NCBI RefSeq assembly: GCF_030684315.1
Contig: NC_081357.1
Coordinates: 66,389,517-66,453,516, forward strand
Direction: 5' to 3'
Length of the DNA: 64,000 bases
Source: Stegostoma tigrinum
Lineage: Eukaryota
Shown one piece after another: positions 38,024 to 51,850 of the stretch. The translations under genes and the position numbers were made by a program. The notes beneath the pieces were generated by a model that did no database searches, was not told the origin of the DNA, and worked only from the letters and a program-made list of their open reading frames with translations. The stretch's first letter is position 1. Each line of letters starts with the position of its first letter.

Positions 38024-38378
38024 TGGATAGCATGATGGTTCAGTGGTTAGCACTGCTGCCTCACAGTGCCAGGAACCTGGGTTCAATTCAATCCTCAGGC
38101 AGCTGTCTGTGAGGAGTTTTCACATTCTCCCAGTGTCTGTGTGGGGTTCCTTTGGGTGCTTTGATTTCCTCACACAGTCCAAAAGGCACACAAGTTAGGC
38201 GTTTTGGCCATGATAAATTGTCCATAGTATCCAGGGGATGCTGGTTAGGTGGATCAGCCATGGGAGATGCAGGGATAGGGTAGGTGTTGAATCTGGGTGG
38301 AATTCTCTTTGCAGGGTTGGTGTGGACTTGATGGGCCAAATGGCCTGCTTCCACACTGTAGAAACTTTATGATTCCAT
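38024..38378 (+). mobile_element. HE1-like tRNA-derived V-SINE
   Basis: GGTTCAGTGGTTAGCACTGCTGCCTCACAGTGCCAGGAACCTGGGTTCAATTC head, TTTTCACATTCTCCCAGTGTCTGTGTGGG V-domain and GGCCAAATGGCCTGCTTCCACACTGTAG tail. Confidence 0.9.
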
Positions 38379-40944
38379 CATTCACAGAAGTCAAGTGGGG
38401 AAGGAGAGTTCAGCAGTAATCGAAATGGAAATAAGAAGAGGGAAATGCACCTCTGGCATTTAGGTAGAAGTAGATTCCAGACGTGAAATGAAAATTTCTC
38501 CATTATAATTCTGCAGGCCGTATTGAAAGAGCAAGGAATATGGCCATTGGCTTGGTTAAAGAACAAAACCTCTAACTAGGCTCTAGAGAGACAACAGTGT
38601 TAGAAATGGAGCTGGGGATTCCCAAAGTTGAGAGTTTCTACAACCTCAATCCTCAATGTAATCCAAGGCCTTGCCAACAATGAGCCTCATAAGTCATGGT
38701 GTTCAGGCTGCCTCCTAACACAAATGGGGTCATCCTGGATTCATGCATTAATGGCTAGAAGCCAGAAGAGGAGACGAGTAATTATTTCAATAGAGTGGAC
38801 CCCTGCCAAGAAGACTGTATGTGCAGCATCCAGAAGATTCCTGTATTTGGTGATGTAATATTTGTGGGTGGAAGGATACAGCTACCTTTCCTCGTTCCCT
38901 GATAGTAATGAGGGTCTAAATGTATTGCAGTGGTTAATGTGAGTCTCACCGAAAAGAGGCTTTTGGCTGGACAAGTTGCAGTTTACTGCATAATAGCAAC
39001 TGGGCACAAGTTAAACTAGTTAGACATTGAGCTGAACTTTTAAAAATTCAACATCATTGCACCAGACCATAGGCTTCTTTCTCATTACAGAGAGAGAGAG
39101 AGAGAGAGAGAAAGGTAGATGGGGGTGTGGGGGAGAGAGAGAGAGACAACTGGTGGTGTTAAACCAAAGGGTCACCACACCTCAGGCGGGGGGGAGGGAG
39201 TGGGTTGAGAAGTAGAATGCTTCAGGGTATCCTCAGGAATGGAGTTAACCAGAAATCAGTCAATTTCAGTGAATTTCATGAAAGGTGTCTCTCTGTGAGC
39301 CTGAGCAAGATGCCTCATGCCATTTTCCAAAACTCAGCTGATTATCTATGCAGTACTTCTTGATGGTACATTTCTTGTCATCTCTGTAGGCACACACTCG
39401 GAAAAGAAACCACGTAGAAGCCTCCCCTCTGGACACTCCAAAGGTGCCTGGGCCATACACTTGCCTGCAACCCTCAACCCTCAATACAAGCAGAAGAGGG
39501 TGCACTTGCCTCAGTGTGGGACACACTCTGCATTTCTCTGCATTTTTGGGACATCTAGCCACAAACAGCCTTGGGATTGTTCAACCAAAACTCCAAGACC
39601 AAGAGGCTCCACTGCAGGACTGGCTCCCTGCATCCCCTCTGCATTCCAGCATTCTGCCTCCAATCCCCAACAATTAACTTCCCCAGCTTCTATCTGTGTC
39701 AACTGCCCCTAATAATGCCCCCTTGATTTTTAGTGGACAGATGCACCAAACTGACTGTGGCCCACTCTTTGATCAACTTTGACAGACTGCCCTGACCCAT
39801 GATTGACAAGAGTCCTTACTGTTCTGTATTCAACTCCTTGATTGAATTACCACAATTCCCCAGACTGATTGTACTGGACCTACAAAGCTGGTTATGGCAC
39901 ACTAGACTGTAGAGATACGAAGCCCCTCAGCTTCACTGCCCCAAGTGACAACCTGACAACGTCCAAGCCCCTGGATTCATAATGGAGGCTAATCTTGATT
40001 TGCTACCATGGCCATAACTGAGGAGTGTCTCCCTTGACTTGCCTGAAGACTACTTCACTCAGATTTGAGACACAGCCATCTGGTTGATGCACATGCAATG
40101 CTTTGCTGTCTACACTACTTTTTATGCCAGAGAATACAACGTCAAGGGAAATTTCATATAATTCATTTCATAAGATATTTTGAGAAAATCACAAGAAGGG
40201 CTTATCCTACATCTGGAGATCACAAAATGATCCCAACTCATGGGTTGACTGGGCCCAGCTTTTTCTTATGTCCAGAAATGGGAGACAGCAACCTTTATGT
40301 AAAATGAGAGCTACTTTCAACTACCAGAAGGGGAAAACAAAATTGATTCTTGTCACAGAAAAGATTCTTGGAGGCGTGAGAGCTCCAGTTGAGTTGAGAG
40401 TGCATTGTGAATCCAAGAGTACTTCATTAGTGAAAGCTGGATGAAATGTTTGAAGCAGAACTCTTAGTTAAAATTATGATGATATTGTTGCCAAGGTTTG
40501 CTCAAAGCGTAATGTGTGGGACTTCATCCAGCTGCAAATATACTTCACTTATCCTGGCTGATCTTCTACTTCGAGGCTATTTCAATAAATTATACTCCCT
40601 AACCTTGGTGACAGAGGGGTCATTGCCTATGGTTTCTTATTTGTGCTGTGGCTACTGATGCCCACAGATAGGTTAAAAAAACAGTAAATTTTTAAAAGCA
40701 TGGTTGGTCACTGCAATCTGATCACCCTGTGTTTGAACTCATTGCCTTCTGGTTCTTTCACTTCTGTACATCTCCTCCATACTTCACACATCAGATATCC
40801 GTTTAAGCACGACGAGAGCATAAATGATGAAAATTATGACATATTCTAATTTTTCATTATTTATAGGTATTTTGACTTTGTTTCCAACATTTGTGTGGAC
40901 ATATTTTACTGGAACATTTTCCCCACTCCAGCCCAACATCCTTA

Positions 40945-41048
40945 CCCCTGTTCTGAGGCAGGGTCACCGGACATAAAATGTTAACTCTGTTTTCTCCTTC
41001 ACAGATGCTGCCAGACCTGCTGAGCTTTTCCAGCAACTTTGTTTTTGC
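40945..41048 (+). mobile_element. Penelope-derived terminal arm
   Basis: Close match to the right arm of 7883-8100 (GGGTCACC..TTAACTCTG..CACAGATGCTGCCAGACCTGCTGAGCTTTTCCAGCAACTTTGTTTTTG). Confidence 0.8.
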
Positions 41049-41258
41049 ATCATATAGAACACATGAGAAAATGGAGTTACCCCAGTATCCTTATATGGCC
41101 TTCCCTCAAGGAAAGTATTCAGCCCACTATCTGGGAAGGATTGAAAGAAACAAGGTTGCCATTGCTCCCGTGAAGGAGACTTGAAGGAGATCATGCTATG
41201 CTGACACTGTTATGGGAATAAAATTAGAATGGAATAAGACACACGACATAGAAAGAGT

Positions 41259-41515
41259 GTTCATAGAAACCCTACAGTGTGGAAGCAGGCCATTCTCCCA
41301 CTGAGTCCACACCAACCTCTGAAGAGCATCCTACCCAGACCCACGCCCTACCCTATCTCTGCAATTCCCACCCTAGACATTAGGTGAATTTAGCATGGCC
41401 AATCCACCAATCTGCAACTCTTTGGACTGTGGGTGAAATCATGCAGACACGGGGAGATTGGAATCTAACTCAGATCCCTGGTGCTGTGAGGCAACAGTGC
41501 TAACCATTAAGCCGA
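41259..41515 (-). mobile_element. HE1-like SINE
   Basis: CATAGAAACCCTACAGTGTGGAAGCAGGCC tail and CCCTGGTGCTGTGAGGCAACAGTGCTAACC head, both as reverse complement. Confidence 0.85.
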
Positions 41516-44500
41516 TCAAGCAGGATCAAGAATGGTAATCTTTGCTCCAAAGAAGGAACAGAATGATCATGAGTCCCAATCCATGTAGAACCCAGGGCAG
41601 ATACATAGGTAGTGAGATGAAAGGCCAACAGCAAGGTGCCCCCTGACCATAAAGCATTTCAGGCAGGCTAAATTGATGGATTGTGGTACATCTGCCCCTC
41701 AGTGGGAAGATGTACTACCCACTGGAGCTGCCTGGTAGTTCCAGCTGTCCTGGCATTGCTAGACTTCTGGAATGTGCACTGAAGGACTGTGGCAGGCTCA
41801 AAAAGAAAGCCTGATGGATTCCAGTGTAATGTGGGTAGGGAAGCATAAGGTGTTTAAAAACATCCTACCTAGATGAGAGAATAGTAGACCATGTTGGAGG
41901 GGTTTAGAGTTTTAAAAAGTGCGCCAAGAATGAAGGGAGTGTGATCCTCTTGGGCAGGAATGGTGCTCCCAATAAGCAGACTGCCCCCACAGAAGATAAC
42001 ACACCATTCCATCCTCCTTTGTAAATGCCTTAAAAGGAAGAGATACAAAACACCAATTCCCAACTACCTGCCTAGGCCTATCACTTTATGATGTGGGAAA
42101 AGTGTTATTATGGACAATTGTGCTTTGAGCAAGCTCAGTTGGCTCTTGGTCAATTTTTAACATATGGTGGGTGAACTGCCAATTTCAATGCCCACTCACA
42201 CTTAATTATCGGAGTGAGCTCAAAGGTGAGTGGGAAAGTTGGTGAGTGATCTTCCTGACCTATCCAACATACCTGCCCAAATAAAGAATCATAGAATTGC
42301 AGAATGTTTAATGCATAAAAGGGTGCCATTGACCCTGCCAATATTGTGCTGGCTCACTGAAGAGCATTTCAGCTCAACCACTCCCTATACAGATCTTTCT
42401 CCATAGCCCTATTTTTTCTTTAAGAGGCATTTCCAGTTCCCTTTTGGAAGCCCTGGTTGAATCTGACTCCCCAGACTTGCCTGTCTAAAAAATACATTAA
42501 AACATGCTTCTTTGACCAGAAATGTGGTCAAATCCTGACCACCAGTGAACTCAAAAGGGAAACAAAGCAAGACTTGTAATGGAATTGGACACAGGCTTTC
42601 TCATTGATAATACGTAAAATACCTCAGTGAAGAATCACTCCTACAATAATGATGTCACTTATCTAGTTTGCATGGAAGGTGGAAGCTGCTACACTTCCAT
42701 ACAAGACACTGAAGATAACCATTATAGTTGACCTTGAGTAGCTTTAGGTTTTGAAGGTCCAGTTAAAGTCTACATGAGCAGTCTGGTCTGACTGAGTGTG
42801 GGACACAAAGGCATTGGGTGGTGGGTGAGTAGGGACTTTCATGTAACTCAGATGTAATGTAACTACTTAGTACTATGCAGTGAACATATTCTGTTTATCA
42901 AGAGCAAGGGTCTCTTCTGTTTTGACTTCCTATTACCATTCTTCCCTACTTGTTACTGCCAATCCTGTCAGACAACAGCAGATATCTTTTCCAGTGGAAT
43001 CAGGGTCATTCACATTGTATTGTGTTTCAGCATTCCTACAGCCTTGCATGAGGGCAGAATTCAGCATGATATGATGCCTTTGAAGCATCTGTTAATACTA
43101 GCATCCAGAGGCAAGATGGCAGCCTTTTGACCGATTGTTTTTTAGTGGAAGTGCCATATAATGGACACCATTGTGTTCATTTCTGTGAATATCCACTCCA
43201 TATAGTATACAGTCATTGCCCCAGCCTAATAATTTCATTGAAAAAGTCTAAAAGTAACAACGGCAAGTGTAGAACTTGCAAATGGGTTGAGGGAAGATTG
43301 TGCTGTGGTTGGTTTACATTGTGGTCACATTCACTGATACCATCTGAAGTGACATATAGAACAGAATGGTCATCAAATACCAAATAAAGTTCTAGCACAA
43401 GTTGATGCTAGAATCGTCAATGCTCCAAGCCATTGTGCATCAGCTCATTAGCAACCTACCCAGTTCATCTAGAATTTCTTCATATGTACGCATGAGCATT
43501 TTCCAGTAGCCTGAGGACTCAAAGTCTGACTTTGAGTTCTTCACATTGGAGCTGGTATATGATCTCAGTATCTGGCGAGCTATCAGCCAATCTTCTGCAT
43601 TCTTGTGTTGTTGTGTTTGTTATTCATCATACTTAGATCCCTTATCATGTACTTTAAAATATGTCGGTGTCATAGAATTTGACCTGTCATTTCGCAGTCA
43701 TATTGAGTAATGATTCACGCGTGTTACCCCTTTCTTCTAAGTATGTTGTTCAATGCGCTTCCCATTAGAAATATGAGCTTGCACCACAGGCTGCCATTTT
43801 GAATTCATAAGCTGTCTTAAAATGTCCAAATCGCAAGTGCTATCAAGCACAGTTGCATCCCCTATAAGTTTTTTAATAAAGCAAGGCAAGTTTGTACTTT
43901 CTGCAGAAAAGCATTGGAAAATTTTAAAATGTTATTGGACAACTATAGATTTGCGTTTTATGAACTTTTATAGGTTGCATCAATGTAAAGGCTCAAGTCT
44001 CACATAAATATCAGCTTTGCCTACATCATTACCTGATGATAATTTTAACTGGCATTCAATGATTACTTTTCTTTCAGCTTCACTTGTCCCATTATGTCTC
44101 AATGGGCTTTCATTTTTCTGCAGGAATAAAGATTCATCTGGTTTACTCAAAGCTGTTCATCACTGATGTTGACAAAGGAAACCTGTTACAAATGTAATTA
44201 GCTTTTGAAGCCAAGTGTAACGTGTTAAAATGTGAATAAGCTCCAAACAGCAGGTGTTTTGCATAAGAAGCCAAGTTTGTCTTTAAAAAATTATGAGTTT
44301 TATTTTTAAACAATGCAAACGCAACTGCGTAAAAATAAGTATGACACACTGAAGTATGTCAAATTTCTTCTCTGGATTAAAATTAAATTTGATTAAAGTA
44401 GTTTGGATTAAACAGCCTTTTCTGATTAAAATGGGGTTTATTTTATAAAATTAAGTAGTAGTAGTTAATCGTACAAGGATTTATTGTCTGTATCTCATGG

Positions 44501-46132
44501 GATTAATGGCATAAATTCACACCTTCCAGCACTTTGAACTTAATTACTTCAATTCATAAAAAAAAAGCTCATGCTCAGGAAAATGAGTCTAAGTTCATTT
44601 CACATGCAATATTTTGCACAATTAATATAGCCTGGTCTCTGAAGATTAAGCCATTATTGTAGTGATGACTCACTTGATATTTATCTGATGCATACGGTCT
44701 TTAATGAGAAATGTCACCAGTGTGACTGCCACCAGACGTCTTTTGGGGATATTGGGGCATAATGTTGTTTTTCACGAGGAGAGGCTGTTTCAGGTTCGCA
44801 ATGCCATGTCCTGATAAGACAAGTGAGGATTAGAATGCCTAAAATGTGCTCTTTCCTTTTTGATGCGAATAACACACTACCCTTGCAAAATTTCCATTTC
44901 GCACAGCTGTGCACAGCAGTCAATTCTTTCATTTTTCAATTGCCTCAGGTGATGACTAAATTATTCCATGAAGCTTAAGGTTTGATATGAGGGGCAGAAA
45001 TGCTAAAGATTATAAGGCAGGACCACAGAAATAGGATATTAAATTTAGCCTAAAATCCAATAATCACCAAAGCAAGATGGTGTATTTCTTTGCAATGTGT
45101 TCATTACGCTAAATTAATGTGTTAATGCTGCCTCATTATAACTGGGCAGTAGGCCTGAATTGGTCTCTGTTGTACTTTCACGTAAGGGATATTTTTTGCA
45201 AATTCTCACATAGTCAACTGAGTCCACTGTTTAATCTTTACGAGATCCGCAAGAAGTGTAAGGACATATCTTGACATCATGAACTTCTAGGTGAACTTGT
45301 AGCTTTGCGAATATAAAGCAGCCCTTCTGAGTACAAAACAATATTATGCCCCAATATCCCCACAAGACATCTAGAGCCAAGCATTTAAGAAGTTTAAGGC
45401 AGACTTCTGTCTGAATGAGCAAATCAACATTCAAGCAACAAATCTATCAGTTGTAACAGAGAATTCTTTTAATGAACTGAAAACGTGGGGATATAGCTTT
45501 AAACAATGGAAAAGATCTATCTATTGTTGAGAAAGTGTTTCTTTGGACTTTGAATTGAAAATGAGAAGAAATAGGTTCAGCTTTAAATAGAGGAAGAAAT
45601 GTTGTTTGCAGCTTACAAGGCAAGCGAAGCACACCAATACATATGCAACGGTGTTACTTTTGGTGACCCCAGAGGCACACAAACTGACGGTACCTGTATG
45701 TTCAGGACATCTCTGCCCAAATGCAGTCTTTTGATTGGCAGCAGTGGTCCTGTGTCCAGGAAAACTCAACATAGTTTAACATGCCTGTGGAAGGGATAGA
45801 AAACAGAAGTCGCCCTCTCAAAAGTTCACTTGCTCCGAAAAAATTTGTCCTTTCCACCTCTGTTAAACATGTAGATAAATCTACATTCAGAGTTGCCATA
45901 AGAAAGAATACTAAAGTTTGCAGGGGTAAAAAAGAGCCCTGGATTGATTAAATTAACCAGTAAACTAAAGACTGCTCATTGCTGCACAAATATCATTGAG
46001 ACATCAATGAAGGAAGGAAAAGGACCGTGCATGCAAGTTCTATGTATTTGAATTGGCGACACAATTCCTATGATTATTTTGTCCCTCCCCTCCACTTGCT
46101 GTATTTGTACGCATCTGTTTTACTTCATATTG

Positions 46133-47227
46133 TATGAAATAGAGATGCTGGTGTTGGACTAGGGCGGACTAGGTCAGAAGTCACTCGATGCCAGGTTACA
46201 GCCCAAAAGGTTTATTTGAAAACGCAACCTTTCGGAGCCTCACTACCTCTTCAGGCGTTAGTGAGAGAGGTAGTATCTGACACAGAATTTATACATAAAA
46301 GATCAAAGGTTCACACCATTGATGAGGATATACTAAACAAAGCCAAGATGCTGTTAAATCTTTAAACAGTTAGAAGGTTTTAACTAATTATTATCCCTGA
46401 ATTCTTTTCAGGTCATTGCCCTGAGAGAACTAAAGGTTTTATTAGTGTAAAGAAGGGGTGGCATTTTAGATCAGACAATGCACGTTAGGTGTGAGGTCTT
46501 GTATAGAATCTGTTTGTGTTTTAGTTTGGAGTCAGACTGGTTTTGTTTCTAAAGTAGGAATTTATAAAACACTATATTTACTGAGTATCTATAAATTGTG
46601 TACTTTTTGAACAAAATAAAATGTATCTGCAACTACAAATTCACACCATTGATTCAGATTTGTGTGCATGTGTATGTGTGTAGGGGGGAGGGTTGTGTGG
46701 GGGGAGAGAGAGAGTGTGTGTATGTGAGGGGAGAGAGCATGTGTTTATGTGTGTGAGGGGAGGAGAGAGTGAGAGGGTGTGTGTGTATGTGTGTGTGAGA
46801 GAGAGAGGGCATGGTGACAGTGAGTGTGATTGTGTGTGTGTGTGTTTATGTGTGTGTGTGTTTATGTGTGTGTGGAAGAGAGGGAGTGTGCGTGTGGGAG
46901 AGAGAGAGTGTGTATGGGAGAGAGTGTGTGTGTATGTGGGAGAGGGAGAGATGTGTGTGTGTGAAGGAGAGTGTGTGTATGTGTGTGGGAGAGAGAGAGA
47001 GACTTTGTGTGGGAGAGAGTATGCGTGTGAAGGAGAGAGAGAGATAGATTGTGTATGTGGGGGAGAGAGAGAGTGTGTGCTTGGGAGAGAGAGTGTGTCG
47101 TGTGTGTGTGAGAGAGAGAGAGAAAGTGTGTGTGTGGGAGAGAAAAAGTGAGTGCGTAGGAGAGAGAGTGAGTGTGTGTGGGATAGAGAGGTGTGTGTGT
47201 GAATGAGAGAGTGTGTGTGGGGGAGAT

Positions 47228-47302
<75 letters not shown>

Positions 47303-47418
47303 GATTGTGTGAAGGGGAGAGAAAACTCACCCCTCTCTCTCCCCTTCAGACACTCTCTTTCACACACACATATATAAACACATTCTCTCCATCCCTCAGA
47401 CACACACACACACACACA

Positions 47419-47452
<34 letters not shown>

Positions 47453-48230
47453 ATCTCTCCCACACACACACTCTCTCCCCCTCACATACACACTCTTTCT
47501 CTCCCACACACACACACACTCTCTCTCTCTCTTTCTCTCCCATACACACACACACACTCTCTCTCTCTCTTTCTCTCCCTCACACACACTCTCTCCACAC
47601 CTCCACACACACAAACTCTTTCTCTCCCTCTCTCTCTTTCACACACACATACACACACTCCCTCTCCCTCGCCACTCTCTCACACACTCTCTCCCACCCA
47701 GCACATACACACACACACACACACACAAATCTGTGGGGTGAATGTGTATTTGCAGATACATTTTGTTTTATTCAAAAAGCACACAATTTATGGACAGTCA
47801 GCCAATATGGCATTTTATAATTTCCAGCTTGAAAAATAAAACCAGCCTGACTCCAAACCAAAACACAAACAGATTCTAAACAAGGACTCACACATAACAT
47901 GCATTGTCTGATCTAAAATGTCACTTCTTCTTTACACTGGTAAGCCTTTAGTTCTTTCAGGACACTGACTTGAAAGGAATTCGGAGATTTACATGTACAT
48001 ATTAATCAATTAAACCGATTCTAAACTTTCTAACTGATTAATCATTTAACAGCATCTTGGGTTTGTTTTAGTACATCCTCGTTAATGGTGTGAACCTTTG
48101 ATGTTTTACTTATAAATTCTGTGTCTGATATTCTCTCTCACTAACATCTGAAGAAGGACTGAGGATCTGAAAGCTTGTGTTTTCACATAAACCTGTTGGA
48201 CTATAACCTGGTTTCATGTGATTTCTGACT
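46133..48230. mobile_element. ~2.1-kb foldback of Penelope-type 3' termini with a central inverted low-complexity block
   Basis: 46175-46670 is the reverse complement of 47720-48230. GT/GA-rich 46660-47322 mirrors CA/CT-rich 47326-47727. Hammerhead-like CTGAAGA..GAAAGCTT at 48148-48176. The terminus matches 56582-56690. Confidence 0.85.
47230..47297. repeat. (TG)34 microsatellite within a compound GT/GA-CA/CT tract (46660-47727)
   Basis: Pure TG run read directly from the sequence. Confidence 0.95.
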
Positions 48231-49469
48231 TCATTTTGATTGTGTGAGTGAGAGTTTTTATCGGGGTCTAAGTTACTTAGCAATCGTGCACTTTTACTGT
48301 TCTTGTCCAAATTATACAATTATATTTTAGAAATTCATTTAACATTGGTTAAAGTTAGTTAGAATTGATATTTTCTTGGTAATGGAAACAAAAACTGGTC
48401 AGCATATGCCGCTAACCTGAATCAGACAGTTAGGCTCAGTGGGGCAATTTGCTGGCTTAATCTAACTTCCACATGTGTAACAACTTGGAAAGTGGTGGTG
48501 TTTGATTTACAATGCATTTTACTTGATGAGCCACGCTGCTACAGAAATTTATATTGGAAGTTAATTCGCCTTGTGTTTACTTGCATGTCTTTTTCCTTGA
48601 TGTGATTGAAGAATGTTGCACAAACCGCGTGTGGAGAAATGCATTTGTACACTGCAATTTTTTCACTCTGCGCATCATGTGATGTCTGAAATTGTTGGTT
48701 TCTGTTGAGAAATTTGGGACAGAAGCCATTAAAGATGAAACATAAAATGTAGTGTCAGAAGTTTGTAACTGAAGTTGTGCGGATGGTAGATGTAAAAGAG
48801 CCAGCTGCTGTAAGAAATTGCTTGGAATAATTAAGAACTCTCACATGTAACTTTGTACTTGTTATATGAATCATTATGCCAGTGAATTCTCCAGTCCATT
48901 CTTCCAGGGCAATGATGGCAATTTGCGACCAGAATTTTAAATAAAGTAATACAGCTGAGGGGGTTAATGTTTATCTTATAATGGCTCCACCTATTCTACT
49001 GACGTCATATGCAGTCCATGGGTGAAGCAAGGAGTTAGCCTCTGGCTTTCAGAGGGAGCTACTGCATTTGTACCAGTTCCCTAAGGTGCTAGTAATTGCG
49101 CCTCACCAAATGTAGATGCCCTTTCTGCTGTAAGTACAATAAACCGTCTTCAATAAATTATTGTAATAAATCTTCTTGTTATCCAAGAAAGGTGCCTAAT
49201 CTGCAGATGCTCTAAGGTGATAGTGTTTCTACAACTAATCACTAGTTAGGCCTAAGAGCAAGCAAAGACAAACAAGAATTGTTGCTAGCAAACTACTTCA
49301 AAATAACGTTTACCAAGTAGCACAGACTACTAAGGGTGGCAAATACTGCAAGATGCCACTGTGGCCATCTAGGAAAATGCTACAAGAAGAATTTTACTTT
49401 TTTTTCATTGAGACAAGAATATGAGACAGCTACAGCATTAAATAGGAAATCAAAACCAAGAGAGTAGCA

Positions 49470-50160
49470 AGACAACAAGCCTCCATCAACATCAACGGAA
49501 CTGAGTTTGAGAGAAGGAAGAGCACCAAGTTCCCCAGAGTGACAATAACCGACAAGCTGTCCTGGAATTCTCACGTAGACATGAAAGAGAAGAAGGCACA
49601 GCAATGCCTCTTCTTCCTCAGACAGGAAATTTGGCATATCCATAATGTCCCTCACCAACATCTATAAATGCACCATTAAAAGCAAACTGACCAGGTGCAT
49701 AATGGCTACTGCTCTGTCCAGGACCATAAGAAACTACAGAAGGTTGTGTGCACAGCCCAGACCATCTCCGAAGCCAACCTTCCATCCATGGGCTCTATTT
49801 ATACAATTTGCTGCTGCAGAAAGGCTGCCAACATCATCAGCAACCTCTCCCACCCTGGTAATGACCTCCTACAAGCTCTTCTGTCAGTCAGAAGATATAG
49901 AAGCCTGAGCACATGCACAAACAGGTTCGGGACCCAGTTCTTCCCAGCCATCATCACACTGATGTAGAGACTCTCCAGCCTCAAGTAATAATTGATCTCG
50001 CTAATATTGACCTCACCTAGTGTATGCCCTGTGTGAAGTAAACTGCATGCCTCTAAATCTAATTTGATCTGTATGTCCTTGCTTACTATGATTTGCCTGT
50101 ACTGCTCGTTAAAGAAATGCTTTTCACTGTATTGCGGTGTGTGTGAAAAAAGATAAATAG
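49470..50160 (+). mobile_element. Rex1/Babar-like LINE 3' fragment
   Basis: ININGTE.E...TKF..VTITDKLSWNSHV..KKAQQCLFFLR..SLTNIYKCTIKS.L..CSVQDHKKLQKVVCTAQTI..TNRF...FFPAII. Confidence 0.8.
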
Positions 50161-50369
50161 ATCAATTCCTTAACAAACCTGGGAAAACAGTCCTTCGAGC
50201 CGTATTGCATTCTAGACGCCCATAGGAACAGAAAATACAAGTCTGGAGGGATTTTGAAAATCCTGAAGACCAACTTTGAATCCTTTTCTACTCTTATTTA
50301 TGAATGTTTAATATTAGAGATCAGGAAAAAAGGAATTACAGAAGGGCCAGCAGAAAGATCAAGGGCAGT

Positions 50370-51850
50370 GTATAGGTTGTAAATATTGCAGGGGACACCA
50401 CATGAAAGAAAAGAAAACATGTTGAGCACAAGGAAAACAATGCTTTGACTGCAAGAAGCTGAATTACTTTACACATAAGGCTTTTGATGGAAAGAAGCAA
50501 AGATGATTGTTGGAGAGATGTTCAACAATAATTCTGATCATTTATTTTACACCAAGGAATAACAGTTTGGCACCATCATTTGTAAAGGAGATAACTAGTT
50601 TGCTAGAATGATGACTGCAGACAAAGAGAATCAATTGAATATAAAGCATCAAATTGGCACCAGTCCTGCATAAGACATCATATGCTTCACAGACATGGGC
50701 AGGGTAATTAAAAATGGTGGCTCACAACTGGAGGCATCAAAGGTAAATATGAAGGAACAATTCTCAAACCAAGAGGGCAAGAAACTGCAAGGCCAATGCC
50801 ATTGGAACAATTAAGTTCCACCGATCTGGATCGTAGGCACTAAACTAAACCCACCCATTTCAGCTGAAACTGGTATGAAATCTTCACTGATAATCTTATA
50901 CTTTTGCCACAACTTGCTAGGCACAGGTCTTCACCACACTAAATGGAAAGGATGGATACTGGTGAAGTTAGATGGAAGCAGCAGGAGTTTTCAAACTGCA
51001 TTCCGGATATCATGTGGGAGGTTCAGATAGCCATACATGACATTTGATATCATTGCAACAGCACAGACACCACGATATATTGCAAGAATAGAAGTGATTG
51101 TGATGATCTATTAGTCAATTAATATGGAAATGTAATGGAAGGAACCATTGCATACTATGATCGTATTCTAGTGATGCTGCTAGAGAGAATTCACCAGATG
51201 AACCTGAAGAAACCTGAAGTCAAGTACATTGCTCACATACTTAACAACAAAAGATCTTCACCCAGATCCTGATAAAGTGTGGTAAAGATACAACAAGAAC
51301 AGATGTGAAAGTGGTGCAAGTGGTGTTATATTTGTAAATTATCTCACAAACATTTTGCCTACTTTGTTACTTTCAATGGTATAGGGGCACAACTAAGATG
51401 TGTACAAGGTAACCCTGGGAAGAGAATCACACCTACTGGAGTCATGGAGAGTAGTCCAATCACATCACATCCAAATGACTTTGTCAATAACAAATAAGCT
51501 ACTGAAGATGGAAGTAATAACATGGGTGAGCAACAAACTCCTATAAATCATTGTCAGAGCAGAGAGTTGAAAATCAGTCGGAGTGCAGACATTAAACACT
51601 CTTAACAAATGTTAGCCAATCTGGCACAGTTGGACCTGTTTAGAAATGTGGTTATCCTGATTCTATTTATTGAACATGAACAACCAGACATAGCCTGACA
51701 ACTGCAACACACAGTAACACTGGAGACGCTCATCCCTCCCCACATATAACTGATGAGGCTGATGTGATATCCTCAACCACACAAGTAATGGCATGGTTTC
51801 AGAAGTCACCCATTCTTCATACAGAACAGATCATTTACACGTTGGAGAGC
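50370..51850 (+). mobile_element. Heavily decayed Gypsy-type gag-pol remnant
   Basis: GCKYCRGHH..KKTC*AQGKQCFDCKKLNYF double Zn-knuckle remnant (50375-50480) and KYIAHILNNKDLHPDPDKV-like RT motif at about 51220-51280. Confidence 0.6.

Noticed and set aside
38024-38095. tRNA gene-like A/B boxes (also near 16850, 24965 and 41460)
   Set aside because: These are SINE heads or fragments without a full cloverleaf.
46641-47820. Long His/Thr/Ser- and Cys/Val/Glu-rich ORFs (up to 229 aa)
   Set aside because: Translations of stop-poor dinucleotide repeats, not genes.
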